64,000 nucleotides of DNA from the IMG/VR virus record IMGVR_UViG_3300027974_000031, positions 11,060-75,059 of that record; one strand, 5' to 3'. The notes below the pieces were generated by a model. The model did no database searches. It had not been told where the DNA came from and saw only the letters and a program-made list of their open reading frames with translations. Below, piece by piece: positions 49,564 to 58,500 of the stretch; position 1 is the first letter of the stretch, and each line of letters starts with the position of its first letter. Source of the DNA: a virus. Lineage: Duplodnaviria > Caudoviricetes. Position numbers and translations under genes: made by a program.

Positions 49564-50013
49564 TTAATCTTTAATACGAATGTTTTCTACACTCAATCCT
49601 AATTTATCTGCAATCTCTTCTAAAGTCAATTCAATAATTTTTGGTCGGTTATCCATGATAATTCCTTTTGAATCTTCATGATAGATTTGTTTACCATTCT
49701 GATCATACTCACGCTTAAACCAATATCCTTTTGAATCTTCATGATAGATTACTTTTCCATTCAAGTTATATTCACGCTTATACCAAAATCCATTTGAATC
49801 TTCAAAATAGATTTCTTTACCATTCAAGTTATACTCACACTTAATCCAAGATCCATCTGAATCTTCGAAATAGATTTGATTACCATTCTGATCATATTCA
49901 TGCTTGAACCAATATCCATCTGAATCTTCAGAATAGATTTCTTTATTATTCTTATTTTTAATAAAGAATGGAAAATCTGTTACCTTTAAAAATTGTGCTA
50001 TTGTTTCTTTCAT
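49564..50013 (-). CDS. 21-aa-repeat protein paralogue B2 (149 aa)
   Basis: same architecture as A5. Confidence 0.9.
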   Translation of the reverse strand: MKETIAQFLKVTDFPFFIKNKNNKEIYSEDSDGYWFKHEYDQNGNQIYFEDSDGSWIKCEYNLNGKEIYFEDSNGFWYKREYNLNGKVIYHEDSKGYWFKREYDQNGKQIYHEDSKGIIMDNRPKIIELTLEEIADKLGLSVENIRIKD

Positions 50014-50025
50014 AATTTTATTTTT

Positions 50026-50475
50026 TTAATCTTTAATACGAATGTTTTCTACATTCATATCAAGTTTATCTGCAATCTCTTCTAAAGTCAACTCAATAAC
50101 CTTTGGTCGGTTATCAATGATAGTTCCTTCTGAGTTTTCATAATAAATTACGTTACTATTCTGGTCATGTTCACGTTTAGACCAATATCCATCTGAGTTT
50201 TCACGATAGATTAATTTTCCATTCTGGTCATATTCATTCTTATTCCAATATCCTTTTGAATCTTCAAAATAGATTTCTTTACCATTCTGGTCATATTCAC
50301 GCTTAATCCAGTATGCATCTGAGTTTTCATAATAGATTTCTTTTCCATTCAAATCATACTCTTTTTTAAACCAATATCCATTTGATTTTTCAGAATAGAT
50401 TTCTTTGTTATTCTTTTCTTTGATAAGAAAAGGAAAATCTGTTATTTTTAAAAATTGCGCGATTGTTTCTTTCAT
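50026..50475 (-). CDS. 21-aa-repeat protein paralogue B1 (149 aa)
   Basis: same architecture as A5. Confidence 0.9.
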   Translation of the reverse strand: MKETIAQFLKITDFPFLIKEKNNKEIYSEKSNGYWFKKEYDLNGKEIYYENSDAYWIKREYDQNGKEIYFEDSKGYWNKNEYDQNGKLIYRENSDGYWSKREHDQNSNVIYYENSEGTIIDNRPKVIELTLEEIADKLDMNVENIRIKD

Positions 50476-50494
50476 AATAAAATTGCTTTTAATT

Positions 50495-50591
50495 TCCTAT
50501 CGAATTCAACCCTAATGGCGTTCAATTCTGAACATTTCACCACACCATATTTACTACGGACACTTTACCAATAGGGTTGAATTCGATAGGA
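50495..50591 (-). repeat. 24-bp inverted repeat (23/24) around a 49-nt spacer, in the leader of array B
   Basis: tcctatcgaattcaaccctaatgg / ccaatagggttgaattcgatagga. Confidence 0.9.
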
Positions 50592-50684
50592 CTTTTTATT
50601 TTAACGTTTTCTAGAGATTTGTCAACGCCCATAGGTAGCATAATGTCGGTAAATCCCGCTGCTTCTGCTAGTTTAATTGTTTTC

Positions 50685-51316
50685 TCTTCAATAGTCATAC
50701 TTGTTCTTTACTATAGAGTTTATCCCACAATTTATCAACTACTTTTAATGTATATGCTCTTAACATAGTTAGTATTCTTCGACAGAAATAATCTTAGCAA
50801 AAGGTGTTAGGTATTCCCAAACTTGCTCATTATAATGCGGTGTTCCGTTCCAGTAATTCGCAGCAGCCTCAATTACTTCAGGATCATCTATTTCTAACCC
50901 ATCCGACATTAACACGGATATTTCAGAACTCCAATTAACATCATGTCGCTCGACTTTACCTAAAGGTTCTACTACAAATAGATATTCTGTTCCACCGCCC
51001 GCTAACTCAACATCTTCGTCATTTCCACACATAAAAACACTATTCTTATGTGATAGCATATCTTTTGGTCTATAATATTCCAAAACAGAATAAAAATAAG
51101 TATTTGACCAATTTTCTTCATAATTATCATTGGGTTTTAGTATAGTTCCCACTGGAAGTTCAGTCATACTACCATGATAAAATCTTTTTGGTGCAGTGTT
51201 TTCGTTGATTATTTTGTTGTATAATTGATTAAAGGTCATAATATTATTTATCTTCAATAGTCATACTTGTTCTTTACTATAGAGTTTATCCCACAATTTA
51301 TCAACTACTTTTAATG
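50685..51316. repeat. 66-bp direct repeats (50685-50750 and 51251-51316) flanking one gene
   Basis: identical tcttcaatagtcatac...acttttaatg copies. Confidence 0.95.
50769..51239 (-). CDS. Arr-like ADP-ribosyltransferase, CTS-tagged
   Basis: FYHGSMTELPVGTILKP, VF, LFVVEPLG, EYL; TAAATA-N5-ATG; MTFNQLYNKIINE. Confidence 0.65.
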   Translation of the reverse strand: MTFNQLYNKIINENTAPKRFYHGSMTELPVGTILKPNDNYEENWSNTYFYSVLEYYRPKDMLSHKNSVFMCGNDEDVELAGGGTEYLFVVEPLGKVERHDVNWSSEISVLMSDGLEIDDPEVIEAAANYWNGTPHYNEQVWEYLTPFAKIISVEEY

Positions 51317-51574
51317 CATCACCTGCAATCTTACCAACGTTTTCTTCGCAAGATTCTTCAACAATATCTTTCAAAGCTTCATACATCACACCCTTTTTAA
51401 CGATTGAGATAAATTCCTGGAGGCAACAAATCAATTTCAAAGATTCCCCAAGGGGTAGGCAATCCGAAAAATAGTGCAGAAAGAACTAAAATAGTTAAAA
51501 TAAGTTGAAGACAACCAGAATTTATATTTTGAATATTATTTAACATAATTATTTAATTATTATTTAATGTGATT

Positions 51575-52513
51575 TTAATAAATGGGCGAATTTAATTCTT
51601 TTAAGCGGCGAAGCTCAAAAATTGCTAAATCTTTAAATTTAAGTTCTATGTCCCAAAAAACATTAGGATTATAATTATGAGGAACATTAGTTGGCATGTC
51701 ACGATGCTTACGAGTAATAACACCATTTTCTATAATACCCTCGCTGTAATGGAACACAGGAGTATAGCTGCCCCATGTTGAATATGCAAGTTCAAATGCA
51801 TCACGTTCGCTTAAGCCATCAGGGAGAATATAATGGTGTAAAGTGTCAAAAGTAATAGGAATACTATATTTTTCATGAAAATGTCTAACCAAATTACGCA
51901 CACTCCATGTGCCGTTTTTATTGTCATTATTTTCAAAAACTAAACGCTTACGAACATTATCAGATAAACGGTCGTAGTTACGCATAACAGAAGATACAAT
52001 GTCAGACGTATTACCGTCTTTACGCACATGAATGTTCATTGGTGCAGAGTAATCAAGAGGCAAACCCAGCAAATCAAAAATCTCGCCATGCTGATTTAGG
52101 TCACGAAAAGTGTTTTTGAGAATATTTTCGTCACTAGTAGAAAGTGAAATGTATTCACTTGGATGAGCAGAAATTTTTATTGGCTGAATTGCCAGTAAAT
52201 TTTTGATACGAGAGCATACTTCTTGAATATCAGAAAAGTTAGGCAAATCACAAACCTGCATGTTTACACTGTCATGAGTAATGATAGGACAGAGTGAAGA
52301 TGAAAGACGATAGCCAGAGATATTATTAAGCTGGCAAAACCGAATTGTTTTTTCGGTGTTTTTAAAGTTGTGTAAAATACGCGAACATAGTTCAGATAAA
52401 GCATCTTTGGGAGACTGTTTGTTGAACTGTGTAAGAGTCATGGTTTTAAAGTTATTGCCGTTATCAGACAGTGTTTTACTGATACAGCACAGGTTCCAAT
52501 TATTGAATTTCAT
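51575..52513 (-). CDS. uvsE: UV damage endonuclease UvsE/UvdE
   Basis: YRLSSSL, SAHP, NIHV, RLVFENND, PITFDTLHH, FHYS, IELKFKD. Confidence 0.9.
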   Translation of the reverse strand: MKFNNWNLCCISKTLSDNGNNFKTMTLTQFNKQSPKDALSELCSRILHNFKNTEKTIRFCQLNNISGYRLSSSLCPIITHDSVNMQVCDLPNFSDIQEVCSRIKNLLAIQPIKISAHPSEYISLSTSDENILKNTFRDLNQHGEIFDLLGLPLDYSAPMNIHVRKDGNTSDIVSSVMRNYDRLSDNVRKRLVFENNDNKNGTWSVRNLVRHFHEKYSIPITFDTLHHYILPDGLSERDAFELAYSTWGSYTPVFHYSEGIIENGVITRKHRDMPTNVPHNYNPNVFWDIELKFKDLAIFELRRLKELNSPIY

Positions 52514-52727
52514 GTTGTTTAAGGAATTTAGTTTTAAAATATTCTACTGTAAAGTAGTTCTCCACTTTATCATCTTCGTTATATGCTGTCAAGTAACCGT
52601 CACTATAATAAAATAGTGAATAATTTCCAGATAGTTTGGAAGAAGCACATTCTAAATAAACTTTTTCTTCTTTTTCAAAAGAAATAGCTTTGTACTTTGT
52701 AGTTTCTTTAATTTCAGTTATTTCCAT
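52500..52727 (-). CDS. hypothetical protein
   Basis: ORF. Confidence 0.55.
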   Translation of the reverse strand: MEITEIKETTKYKAISFEKEEKVYLECASSKLSGNYSLFYYSDGYLTAYNEDDKVENYFTVEYFKTKFLKQHEIQ

Positions 52728-52753
52728 TATTATTAATCTTAACCAGTTTAAAA

Positions 52754-52978
52754 TTAAGTCAAATGATAAATGTATTGTTCTAAATCTCCCATATCAATTT
52801 CATCAGGCGAATCACCAGCAAAGAAAATTCCGCCGTGTTCAATAGTAATCACATCCATTCCTTTTGATTTGAGACGTTTAGATACTTCATTTCTAAATTC
52901 TGTAGTCACAATGCAAGGGATGACCTTTACACCATTATAGACTGATTGTTTTGCGTTAATTTTCATATTAAAATTCAT
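52754..52978 (-). CDS. hypothetical protein
   Basis: ORF; start uncertain. Confidence 0.5.
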   Translation of the reverse strand: MNFNMKINAKQSVYNGVKVIPCIVTTEFRNEVSKRLKSKGMDVITIEHGGIFFAGDSPDEIDMGDLEQYIYHLT

Positions 52979-53119
52979 TAAAAGCTTCTTCGGCTCTTTT
53001 ACAATTTCTTGTTGCACTATTCTTACAAAGAGTTGATATAAATTTATAATACCACAGAAACTTAAAAAGTTTCATGATGCACCAAGAGTATAAAAAGTAA
53101 AATAACTTAACTATAAATG

Positions 53120-53518
53120 TCAACATAAAGTATTTTCAATAATTTCTGTTCGGTTATCCATGATAGTTCCATCTGAATCTTCGAAATAGATTTCTTTACC
53201 ATTCAAGTTATACTCACGCTTAAACCAATATCCATCTGAATCTTCGAAATAGATTTCTTTACCATTCAAGTTATACTCACACTTAATCCAATATCCATCT
53301 GAATCTTCGAAATAGATTTCTTTACCATTCTGGTCATATTCATGCTTATTCCAATATCCATCTGAATCTTCAGAATAGATTTGTTTACCATTCAAGTTAT
53401 ACTCACACTTATACCAAAATCCATTTGAATCTTCAAAATAGATTTCTTTATTATTCTTATTTTTAATAAGGAATGGAAAATCTTTTACTTTTAATAGTTG
53501 TGCAATTGTTTCTTTCAT
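53120..53518 (-). CDS. orphan 21-aa-repeat protein paralogue C (truncated tail)
   Basis: same head and repeats; the ELTLEQIADKLG tail is lost. Confidence 0.85.
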   Translation of the reverse strand: MKETIAQLLKVKDFPFLIKNKNNKEIYFEDSNGFWYKCEYNLNGKQIYSEDSDGYWNKHEYDQNGKEIYFEDSDGYWIKCEYNLNGKEIYFEDSDGYWFKREYNLNGKEIYFEDSDGTIMDNRTEIIENTLC

Positions 53519-53623
53519 AATTTTATTTTTTTAATCTTTAATACGAATGTTTTCTACACCTTTTGATTCATCTAATTGAATTTCTTTTATGTTGGAAGAT
53601 ATTATCACAAATTATAGGGAATG

Positions 53624-54556
53624 TCAAACACTACGTTTAATTTTACGTGCAACAGTAATTGCCAGTTTAACAGCCAGTGGATTTTTAGTCGCCATCAATT
53701 CTTGCAATGTTGCTTGATTACTGATATTATATGTTTGTTGAAAACTACGGATTCCTGGTTCACAATATCCCAAAGAACGAGCATCTTCAAACGTCGCATT
53801 AACATTCTTACATAGACGTGCAATAAGCCTTGCTCTACGATCTTCTTTCTTAGCATTGATCTGGCGTTTACGTTCTTCCTGTGCAAGTTTGATCTTCTTA
53901 GATAATCCTTTTTCTGCATCAGCATAGGATTTAGTAGAATGATAACACATTGTCTCATTCCAACAAATCCAACCATTTACTGCCACGATAGACTTAACCT
54001 TTGTTTGCACCCAAACAGCTTGTCCATTAGGTTTAAAAGAAATCAACGGTAATCCATCACTATCCGAAAGTTTCATCACATTTTGATTTTCCCACATAAA
54101 AGGAATATCATTCGCATCAATTTTTACATTATGTGATGCATCAGTTTTACGAAACGTGCATTTACGGGAATATTGATCTCCACTATCAGTCGTTGTATGT
54201 GCATCAGAAGGACCATCAATAATAGAGTAATAAAAAGACGTATCACCCGAATAACATCTTCCCATATAACACACCTGTTTAGCAACATCAAGTGCCCATT
54301 TATGAGTTAGGTAGACTAAATCACGACGTTCTTTAGGAATTTTCTTAAATGCAGTCTCTTGTTTATAAAAGTCTGATTTGAAAGACCTGACTAGATTAAT
54401 AGTCTCAACAAGCTTATCGTCTTTCTTATCTTGGGAAAGAGCGAATTCAAATTGATCTTTGGCTTTGTTAGTATGGCGTTCCAACTTAATCTTTGTTTCT
54501 TTCAAGATAAGGAAGTTCTTCAAATCATTTATTTTTGTTTCGATTTTCATATTCAA
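53624..54556 (-). CDS. hypothetical protein
   Basis: 310-aa ORF; ARSLGYCEPGI motif. Confidence 0.7.
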   Translation of the reverse strand: MNMKIETKINDLKNFLILKETKIKLERHTNKAKDQFEFALSQDKKDDKLVETINLVRSFKSDFYKQETAFKKIPKERRDLVYLTHKWALDVAKQVCYMGRCYSGDTSFYYSIIDGPSDAHTTTDSGDQYSRKCTFRKTDASHNVKIDANDIPFMWENQNVMKLSDSDGLPLISFKPNGQAVWVQTKVKSIVAVNGWICWNETMCYHSTKSYADAEKGLSKKIKLAQEERKRQINAKKEDRRARLIARLCKNVNATFEDARSLGYCEPGIRSFQQTYNISNQATLQELMATKNPLAVKLAITVARKIKRSV

Positions 54557-54831
54557 ATTATACCGTAAATTATAGGGAATGTTAACCAGTTTACCAAATT
54601 TTTGAATACCATTTAGACTTCATTGGTTTCCAAAGAATGAATAAAACCACTAGAATTCTTTTTCATTAGTTTACTTTCTTGTTGTTTAAATTATCCCACA
54701 CAACATAACTATCTTTCCAAAATTTGGAAGTCTTGCGGGGCTTGGATACTTGATACCACTCTTTTTTTGATTGGCAATCAAAAATTGAGTAACGGAACTG
54801 TTCTTTTAATTGTAATGTGGTTGACATAAAT

Positions 54832-55053
54832 TTATACGAATGTGTTAATCATTTGCTTACCTGTTTCCTTTGAAAATAAATGCAGTGGATTCATTTTATG
54901 AAGAATGCCGTTGTCATCATATCCTCTAAAAAATAATTGATTATTGGTTATTTCTACACCATGAACAGATACTTCTTTACTAGCATTGATACCATTTGAA
55001 TATTCTGCTTCAAAAAATGAAGCATTTGTTTCAGAAAAAGTGCAAATTTTCAT
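54832..55053 (-). CDS. hypothetical protein
   Basis: TTGACA..TATTAT promoter, leaderless. Confidence 0.6.
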   Translation of the reverse strand: MKICTFSETNASFFEAEYSNGINASKEVSVHGVEITNNQLFFRGYDDNGILHKMNPLHLFSKETGKQMINTFV

Positions 55054-55199
55054 ATTTCTATAATATAATATTTTCTTTACTTGTCAACAGTTTTTGACCA
55101 AAAACTAAAAACTAAAAAAAATAACTTGCACAGACGCTTAAAAAGCTTATCCTTCGGTGTCTTCCGAAAACAAAAACAAAAACAAAAACAAATTCTATA

Positions 55200-55577
55200 G
55201 TGAAAATTAAAAAATACTCTAATGAAAAATTAAATGAAGCTAAAAAAATAATTCATAAAAATTATCTATATGTTCCAACATGGAGTTTTTCAACATGGTT
55301 GAAAGAAAATTTTTATGAAGTAAAATCAATTTATATTTTATATGAAAACGAAAAACCAATTGGTTCTTGTTTAGTATTAAATAATTTTTTTGATGTAAAT
55401 GTTGGAATTTTTATCAAACCTAATTACCGAAAAAAAGGATATGGTAAAAGATTACTTCGATTTGTTATTAGAAATAACAAAAATTTTTATTTTCGATATA
55501 GCTCTGGCATTAAAGGCAGTTTAACATTTTTCGAAAAAGCAAAGAAAAATCTTGACAACATTAAAAATTTGCAATAA
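55200..55577 (+). CDS. GNAT acetyltransferase
   Basis: FIKPNYRKKGYGKRLL motif A. Confidence 0.8.
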   Translation: MKIKKYSNEKLNEAKKIIHKNYLYVPTWSFSTWLKENFYEVKSIYILYENEKPIGSCLVLNNFFDVNVGIFIKPNYRKKGYGKRLLRFVIRNNKNFYFRYSSGIKGSLTFFEKAKKNLDNIKNLQ

Positions 55578-55749
55578 CCTCACTTCTCATTTAAACAAAA
55601 TATATGAACGAAACATTAATCGAAATCGAAGTATCCCCTGAATACATTAAGAAAATGCAAACAGAAGGTATGTATGCTGCAATAAACTCAGAAGAACCTG
55701 AGTTTCCTGATTGTATTTACTATATGCAAGCTTATAAAAGTGTAAAATA

Positions 55750-56142
55750 ATGAATTCTTATCGCCGTCAAAGGTTAATTGAAATTTCTAAAAGTCTTCAA
55801 AATTTGAGAACTGGTAGAAACTTACATTTCTCTTACATTTTGAATAAAAATCAACTTTTTATTACAGGTGTTAATTCTTATGATAAATTACATCCTTATC
55901 ATAAGTTTGGACATTATACCGCATTAAAAGAAAATTCTAAAAAATATGTAGCTGGATTTCATTCTGAAATTGTAGCAATTCGTGAGTATATTAATCGCTT
56001 CGGAAACAGTGATTTTTCAGGATTGGTACTTTTTAATGTTCGTCTTTCAAAAAGTGGAGAACCAATGATGGCGAAACCTTGTGGTAATTGTCAAAAGATT
56101 CTTGACAGTCTTAATTTTAAGAGTATACTGTGGACAGAATAA
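55750..56142 (+). CDS. cytidine/dCMP deaminase-fold protein
   Basis: HSE ... PCGNC zinc motif. Confidence 0.75.
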   Translation: MNSYRRQRLIEISKSLQNLRTGRNLHFSYILNKNQLFITGVNSYDKLHPYHKFGHYTALKENSKKYVAGFHSEIVAIREYINRFGNSDFSGLVLFNVRLSKSGEPMMAKPCGNCQKILDSLNFKSILWTE

Positions 56143-56523
56143 ATTTTAATTTTTAATAAAATGAATAAACAACAAAAACAACTAAAGAAACTTGGTCTAG
56201 CTTCCTGTAATGGTGGAGCAGGCACAACCGTTACTAAAATTAACCATGGTGCTTATGCTTTTCAAGAACCAGCAGTAGCAATTGATCGTAAAAAGCGAAA
56301 CAATGTGCGAACTTGGAAAATTACCAAAAGGCATCCAAGTCAGATTGATAAATCCAAAAATGGAAAAAGGTAATTTCATTTTTAATTTCTTCTCCAAGAA
56401 AATAGTTTTGCTTTTTGTTGGAGAAGAAATTTATGCTGTTTCAAAAGAAAATGAAACAATGCTTATACCAAAAGAATGGCACTCAGAAGCAATTAATGTC
56501 TGGAACAATAGAACTTTAAACTA

Positions 56524-57033
56524 ATGAAAGATATTCCATTTAAACGTAAACTAAAACACCTAAAAAAAGATCTTCAGAGAAGAAACATTCTATTTTTAGA
56601 TAGAATAAATGAAATTAAAAAATTCTTTTTTCAATATGGTGCTTATTGTGCTAATGAAAATAATTTAGAACGTATTTTAAAATTTGAAAATAATGATTCA
56701 CGTCGTTTTAAAAAACTTTTAATTCGGCTTGGCAAAGCTGCTAAAAAGAAAAATAGTCTTGTTCGTGTAATTGATATTATCAACATTATTAGTGATGAAT
56801 CATGTTGCTACGTTTTTGAGAATTATGAATGTGTAAAAATCTCTGATCCAAGAGAAATTGTATTTTATAAATACTACAAAATAAATGCAACTGTAGAATA
56901 TGAAAGAGAAATTCTCGAAGTTTCAGAAAAATTTGCAACTGATTCTTTTTATGCACCTTTTACCAAATTATCAAAAAACATAAAAATTGAGTCTAAAGAA
57001 ATGCTTTTAGAAGAAGTTTCTCATAAATTATAG
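56524..57033 (+). CDS. hypothetical protein
   Basis: ORF. Confidence 0.6.
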   Translation: MKDIPFKRKLKHLKKDLQRRNILFLDRINEIKKFFFQYGAYCANENNLERILKFENNDSRRFKKLLIRLGKAAKKKNSLVRVIDIINIISDESCCYVFENYECVKISDPREIVFYKYYKINATVEYEREILEVSEKFATDSFYAPFTKLSKNIKIESKEMLLEEVSHKL

Positions 57034-57041
57034 AATAAACA

Positions 57042-57069
57042 TTGACAAAAATTTAACCTTTATTATAGT
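57042..57069 (+). promoter_or_regulatory. sigma70-like promoter giving a leaderless mRNA
   Basis: TTGACA-N16-TATAGT-N5-ATG. Confidence 0.75.
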
Positions 57070-57074
57070 GTAGT

Positions 57075-58418
57075 ATGTTCAATAAATCACAAAATCACAG
57101 TCCTAATTATTTAGCATCTATTGTTAAAATCGAAAATTTTCGTCAGCATTCTAATGCTGATAAGCTCAAAGTAACATCTCTTTTCGGTAATAATGTTATT
57201 ACTGGTATTAATGCTGAAAATGGAATTTATTGTTATTTTCCTCTTGAGTGTGCAATCTCAAAAGAGTTTCTTTCTTACACAAACTCTTTTCGTGATAAAG
57301 AACTTAATCGTATTAAAGAACAAAAAGGTCTGTTTGAAGAAAATTCTAGAGTAAAAGCAGTAAAATTACGTGGTGAAAAATCTGAAGGATATATAGTTCC
57401 TGTTTCTCTGCTTGAATCTTTTGCTAAAGATATTTTGAATCAAAAGATTGAAATCACTGAAAAATATGTCGGAAGTGATTTTGACCTTTTCTTTGAACAC
57501 TATTTTTGCAAGAAATACATTCCAAAAGGAATGCGAAACTTTGGTGAAGCTGGTAAGAAAAAGACAAGAGGTAATGTTAAGAAATACATTTCTCGTCTTG
57601 TTGAAAATCAATTCCATTTCCATCCTTCTACTGAACAGTTGAAGCGTAATATTGATAAAATTAATCCAGATGATTTTATCAATATTACCGAAAAGTATCA
57701 TGGTACTTCTTTTGTAGTTTCTAATGTTATTGTTAAAAAGAAGCTTTCACTTCTTGATAAAATTGGTAAATTTCTTAGATTGAATGTAGTTGAAACCGAA
57801 TACGGATTAATCTATAGTTCTCGTAGCGTTATCAAAAATAAAATCATGGATAATGGTAAAGAAAATAACAATTTTTATGATACTGATGTTTGGAAGATTG
57901 TTGCAGACAAGCTTTATCCACATTTAAAAAAGGGTTATTCAGCTTACGGCGAAATTGTTGGTTATACTCCAACTGGAAGTATGATTCAGCGCGATTACGA
58001 TTATTCTTGTCCACAAGGCTCTCTTGATTATTTTGTTTATCGAATGACTTATACAAATACCGATGGTGATGTTTTTGAGCTTTCACCATCTCAAATGACG
58101 GAATATTGTACTCGTTATGGTTTAAAGACTCCTCTTCTTCATTATAGTGGTAAAGCTAAGGATTTATATCCTGAACTTTCTACAGAAAAACATTGGCACG
58201 AAAACTTCTTAAATAACCTCATTCGAGATTATCTTGAAAAGAAGTGTAAACTTTGTCAGAAGGACGTATGGGCGGAAGGTATTGTGTTAAGAAAAGACAT
58301 TCCTAATAGCTGGGAAGTTTACAAATTAAAGAGCTTTAACTTTTTAGAAAATGAAAGCAAGCAACTTGACTCTGGTGAAGTTGATATTGAAACTGTTGAA
58401 AGTTCACAAACCGAATAA
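57075..58418 (+). CDS. RNA ligase (DRB0094/Rnl2-like) with N-terminal OB fold
   Basis: H.NADKL, LRGEKSEG, motif I TEKYHGT, YGEIVG, EGIVLR, KLKS. Confidence 0.85.
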   Translation: MFNKSQNHSPNYLASIVKIENFRQHSNADKLKVTSLFGNNVITGINAENGIYCYFPLECAISKEFLSYTNSFRDKELNRIKEQKGLFEENSRVKAVKLRGEKSEGYIVPVSLLESFAKDILNQKIEITEKYVGSDFDLFFEHYFCKKYIPKGMRNFGEAGKKKTRGNVKKYISRLVENQFHFHPSTEQLKRNIDKINPDDFINITEKYHGTSFVVSNVIVKKKLSLLDKIGKFLRLNVVETEYGLIYSSRSVIKNKIMDNGKENNNFYDTDVWKIVADKLYPHLKKGYSAYGEIVGYTPTGSMIQRDYDYSCPQGSLDYFVYRMTYTNTDGDVFELSPSQMTEYCTRYGLKTPLLHYSGKAKDLYPELSTEKHWHENFLNNLIRDYLEKKCKLCQKDVWAEGIVLRKDIPNSWEVYKLKSFNFLENESKQLDSGEVDIETVESSQTE

Positions 58419-58430
58419 AGTATTAAATGT

Positions 58431-58464
58431 TAAAACGTCTTTAAAATTTTAAAGACGTTTTTTT
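58431..58464 (+). terminator. intrinsic terminator
   Basis: aaaacgtctttaaaa/ttttaaagacgtttt followed by a T run. Confidence 0.8.
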
Positions 58465-58500
58465 CTCTTGCAAACATGATAAAATATGATACTATAAAAT

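Noticed and set aside
32816-53518. Diversity-generating retroelement behind the repeat-protein variation
   Set aside because: No reverse transcriptase or non-coding template repeat in the window. Variation is not adenine-specific: one variable site starts only with C or T.
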